Shown here: piece by piece, positions 22,775-24,698 of the stretch | Layout: each line of letters starts with the position of its first letter | How positions within the stretch are numbered: the first letter of the stretch is position 1 | Origin: a virus | Taxonomy: Duplodnaviria; Caudoviricetes | Direction: 5' to 3' (one strand) | Virus record (IMG/VR): IMGVR_UViG_3300042453_001085 | Location: 1-24,698 of that record | DNA length: 24,698 bases | Notes under the pieces: model-generated | What the model was told of the DNA's origin: nothing | Database searches by the model: none | Seen by the model: only the letters and a program-made list of their open reading frames with translations | Program-made: the position numbers and the translations under genes

Positions 22775-23433
22775 GAGCCTGTAGCCCTTTTTGGAGCCCA
22801 GTCCGGCATCGCTGTCGTTTTGCCAACAACGCGACCACCGCCAGCCTTCTCGTTACGCACCCAGTTCCGCCAAGTAGCATCCCAATCGAGCTTTACCCCT
22901 TTGGAGCCGGGCTGCGCAATCCAAAAGTCTCTAAAGCGATCAGCAACAGCCGTCGGGTTTAGGTCAGGCCGCTCCGCTTTGCAAAAAGCTATTTGGTCTT
23001 CGGTAGGCACCCAGTCAGCAGGCAGTCGAGTTCCACGAGACTGCTTTGGCTTTGCCTCTACATTGGTTATTGGTTCTTGGTTATTGGTTGGTTGAACGTC
23101 CGTTGAACGGGCGTTGATCCTGCGTTCAGCGGATGCCTTACCAGCTCTGGACGCTTGTTCGCGTTTGGCTTGGAAATGCTCGATTTCCCTGTCTGCCCGA
23201 CGGCTTACCCAGCCCTCTTCTGTCAGCTCAAAGAACTCTTCAAGCACCGCTTTGACCTCGGCCTCATGCTCACGCATGTTGATCTGACGAGCAACGGACG
23301 TTAAACCGGTGTTCAGCGGACGTTCCTGAAGATAGTAAGCATCAAGAAGCCTGCGGTACGCAAGATCCTCAAGCAAAGTCAGGTGACGGGTATGGCTGGC
23401 GTAATCGCCAATATTGAATTGGTAGTAATGCAT
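22771..23433 (-). CDS. DUF1376/YdaU-family replication initiator-like protein
   Basis: Start moved to ATG 23433 (MHYYQFNIGDYASHTRHLT..EDLAYRRLLD.YY). C-terminal FRDFW...KLDWDATWRNWVR domain; contains internal repeats. Confidence 0.82.
   Translation of the reverse strand: MHYYQFNIGDYASHTRHLTLLEDLAYRRLLDAYYLQERPLNTGLTSVARQINMREHEAEVKAVLEEFFELTEEGWVSRRADREIEHFQAKREQASRAGKASAERRINARSTDVQPTNNQEPITNVEAKPKQSRGTRLPADWVPTEDQIAFCKAERPDLNPTAVADRFRDFWIAQPGSKGVKLDWDATWRNWVRNEKAGGGRVVGKTTAMPDWAPKRATGS
23062..23134. repeat. Putative replication origin: four 7-bp repeats plus four 11-bp iteron-like repeats
   Basis: ATTGGTT ATTGGTT CTTGGTT ATTGGTT at 23062-23089; GTTGAACGTCC GTTGAACGGGC GTTGATCCTGC GTTCAGCGGAT at 23091-23134. 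Confidence 0.65.
23289..23324. repeat. Second cluster of 11-bp iteron-like repeats
   Basis: GAGCAACGGAC GTTAAACCGGT GTTCAGCGGAC GTT, with the same consensus and period as 23091-23134. Confidence 0.5.
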
Positions 23434-23468
23434 AGCAACCCTCATCAAAGGTTTCATCACGAATAGGT

Positions 23469-23524
23469 GGGAGTCAGCAGGCCGGTGATGAATCGGCTTT
23501 TCAGGAGCTACCCTAGCTGTTCCC
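23469..23524 (-). ncRNA. C4/CI-like antisense or cis-regulatory RNA upstream of the initiator gene
   Basis: GGGA-ACAGC/GCTG-AC-TCCC closing stem with hairpins AGG-GTAGCT-CCT and GCCG-ATTCATCAC-CGGC; the loops are complementary to downstream sites. Confidence 0.7.
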
Positions 23525-23534
23525 GTTAATCATA

Positions 23535-23735
23535 CTAGCCGAAAATGTCCGCACGCAAGGTCTTTTTGGTAACTTTGCCTTTGGTATAGTGGCTCATCGC
23601 AACTGCCAGAGCTGGGCTTGGAAGCACCTTCTCAGAGATAACCAGTGACAGCCATGTCTTGCTGATCCCTAGTGCCCGAGCCATCGCGCTCTTTGCCCCG
23701 TGTGGCTGGTTGGCAAAATATTCTTGTAACGTCAT
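23535..23735 (-). CDS. Cro/YdaS-like HTH transcriptional regulator
   Basis: HTH KSAMARALGISKTWLSLVIS and C-terminal TKGKVT...LRADIFG; first gene of the replication operon. Confidence 0.85.
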   Translation of the reverse strand: MTLQEYFANQPHGAKSAMARALGISKTWLSLVISEKVLPSPALAVAMSHYTKGKVTKKTLRADIFG

Positions 23736-23759
23736 GGTAAACCTTTCGTTGAATGCCTA

Positions 23760-23788
23760 ATTACACCATGGCAAAAAAAATTTAGCAA
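23760..23788 (-). promoter_or_regulatory. Leftward sigma70 promoter for the cro/replication operon
   Basis: TTGCTA-17 nt-TGTAAT on the minus strand. Confidence 0.65.
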
Positions 23789-23792
23789 GGGC

Positions 23793-23821
23793 TTGTAATG
23801 AAGAATTAAATGTTGTATCTT
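23793..23821 (+). promoter_or_regulatory. Rightward sigma70 promoter
   Basis: TTGTAA-17 nt-TATCTT; AAGAATTAA direct repeat at 23801 and 23825; GGAGG RBS downstream. Confidence 0.6.
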
Positions 23822-23847
23822 GTCAAGAATTAAGCGGAGGTTACACG

Positions 23848-24093
23848 ATGGAAGACGTACCAATGACATTTTCTAGCGGCTACAAAAAGGTTACACCGTA
23901 CCGCACAAAGACAGGCATTGAGATTGGCAAGTATTACGAGCCCCAGCCTGAGTGGAAGGAATCCCGTGACATGGAGCTGCTGCAGGAATCCCTGTTGACA
24001 GACATCAACATCTTGCGCCGGATTCGCATGAAGAACATTACTTACGCTTGGGTTGTTGGCATAGCGTTGTTTTTCTTAGTGGTTGCTAAGTGA
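23848..24093 (+). CDS. Small protein with a C-terminal TM segment
   Basis: 81 aa, GGAGG RBS, PYRTKTGIEIG motif and hydrophobic C-terminus. Confidence 0.75.
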   Translation: MEDVPMTFSSGYKKVTPYRTKTGIEIGKYYEPQPEWKESRDMELLQESLLTDINILRRIRMKNITYAWVVGIALFFLVVAK

Positions 24094-24194
24094 TTACCGC
24101 CTTCGTCGGGATCATGCTGATGGGCGCAGGTGTCGCCGTATTGGCTATTGGCCTGACGATCGCTGTTGCCATCTTGCTTGGGGACGATAAGTAA
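24090..24194 (+). CDS. Tiny membrane peptide (34 aa)
   Basis: Not in the ORF track. GTG start, MITAFVGIMLMGAGVAVLAIGLTIAVAILLGDDK; GTGA and TAATG couplings on both sides. Confidence 0.65.
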   Translation: MITAFVGIMLMGAGVAVLAIGLTIAVAILLGDDK

Positions 24195-24508
24195 TGCCAC
24201 TAGGACTTGCTACAGCGGCAATTGTGATCGCTGCCAGCACTCCAAGCACTGTGCCGGGAAGGATGGAATTAATACGTTATGAAAATGAAAAGGTAATTCT
24301 TTACTACCGTAGGTGCAGCGAGAACGAAGGCAGGCTGGCGGTGTATGAGATGCCGAATAAAAAACCCACGAAGGGCTGCTGGTACTCCGAACTGGGCACC
24401 GTTCAGATTATTTGGGATAGCGGCAAAAGCAACGTGTTTGAACTAAATGAATTTACTTTCTTCAGCAAAGAATTACCCGGCACTGCCAAACAAATAGGGG
24501 GCTACTAA
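24194..24508 (+). CDS. Putative secreted/periplasmic protein with a C...GCWY motif
   Basis: 104 aa with a hydrophobic N-terminus and two Cys. Confidence 0.7.
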   Translation: MPLGLATAAIVIAASTPSTVPGRMELIRYENEKVILYYRRCSENEGRLAVYEMPNKKPTKGCWYSELGTVQIIWDSGKSNVFELNEFTFFSKELPGTAKQIGGY

Positions 24509-24698
24509 TGAGATGGGTTTTACTTTTAGCATTGTGGTGCGGGGCTGCGCAGGCAGAAGAATGGATGGAAATGCCTAATCAAGCCGGCGGCAAGATCCTA
24601 CTGCTAAGCGGGAAATGCAGCAGCAAAAGTAACAATGATGGGCGCATGGTGATTGCCACAACACCTGCGGGTGCTAACGTCAATGGCTGTTGGTACTT
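24508..24698 (+). CDS. Putative secreted protein, paralog of the previous gene, partial
   Basis: MRWVLLLALWCGAAQA/EEWMEMPNQAGGKILLLSGKCSSKSNNDGRMVIATTPAGANVNGCWY...; Sec signal with an AQA cleavage site; TAATG coupling. Confidence 0.75.
   Translation, partial: MRWVLLLALWCGAAQAEEWMEMPNQAGGKILLLSGKCSSKSNNDGRMVIATTPAGANVNGCWY

Overview
This is part of a tailed dsDNA phage genome with a P22-like portal and terminase and a lambdoid-style replication module. Almost every gene from 23735 down to 1 lies on the minus strand. In transcription order these are: a Cro/YdaS-like HTH protein, a C4-like structured RNA, a DUF1376/YdaU-type replication initiator with internal iterons, a DnaB-like helicase, a RuvC-like resolvase, small nin-like genes, a GNAT acetyltransferase and a Ref-like HNH nuclease. 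Next come an island of small genes driven by three near-identical sigma70 promoter/5'-hairpin units, a cluster of three abutting structured RNA-like elements each ending in ACCA, a holin-like gene, TerS, four tiny genes and TerL. The head module follows: a 1529-aa polyvalent protein with an ADP-ribosyltransferase domain, portal, GroES-like co-chaperonin, scaffold, decoration protein, major capsid protein and further virion genes. A divergent plus-strand unit of small membrane/secreted proteins starts at 23848. The most notable unexplained signals are (1) a recurrent hydrophobic-[KA]-x-G-G motif that punctuates several unrelated late proteins at domain boundaries, suggesting polyprotein processing or capsid targeting, (2) the tandem TGG...ACCA RNA trio at the early/late boundary, (3) the C4-like RNA with two loop-complementary targets over the initiator's ribosome-binding site, and (4) covarying 5' leader hairpins. 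All family assignments come from motif recognition by eye; no database searches were run.
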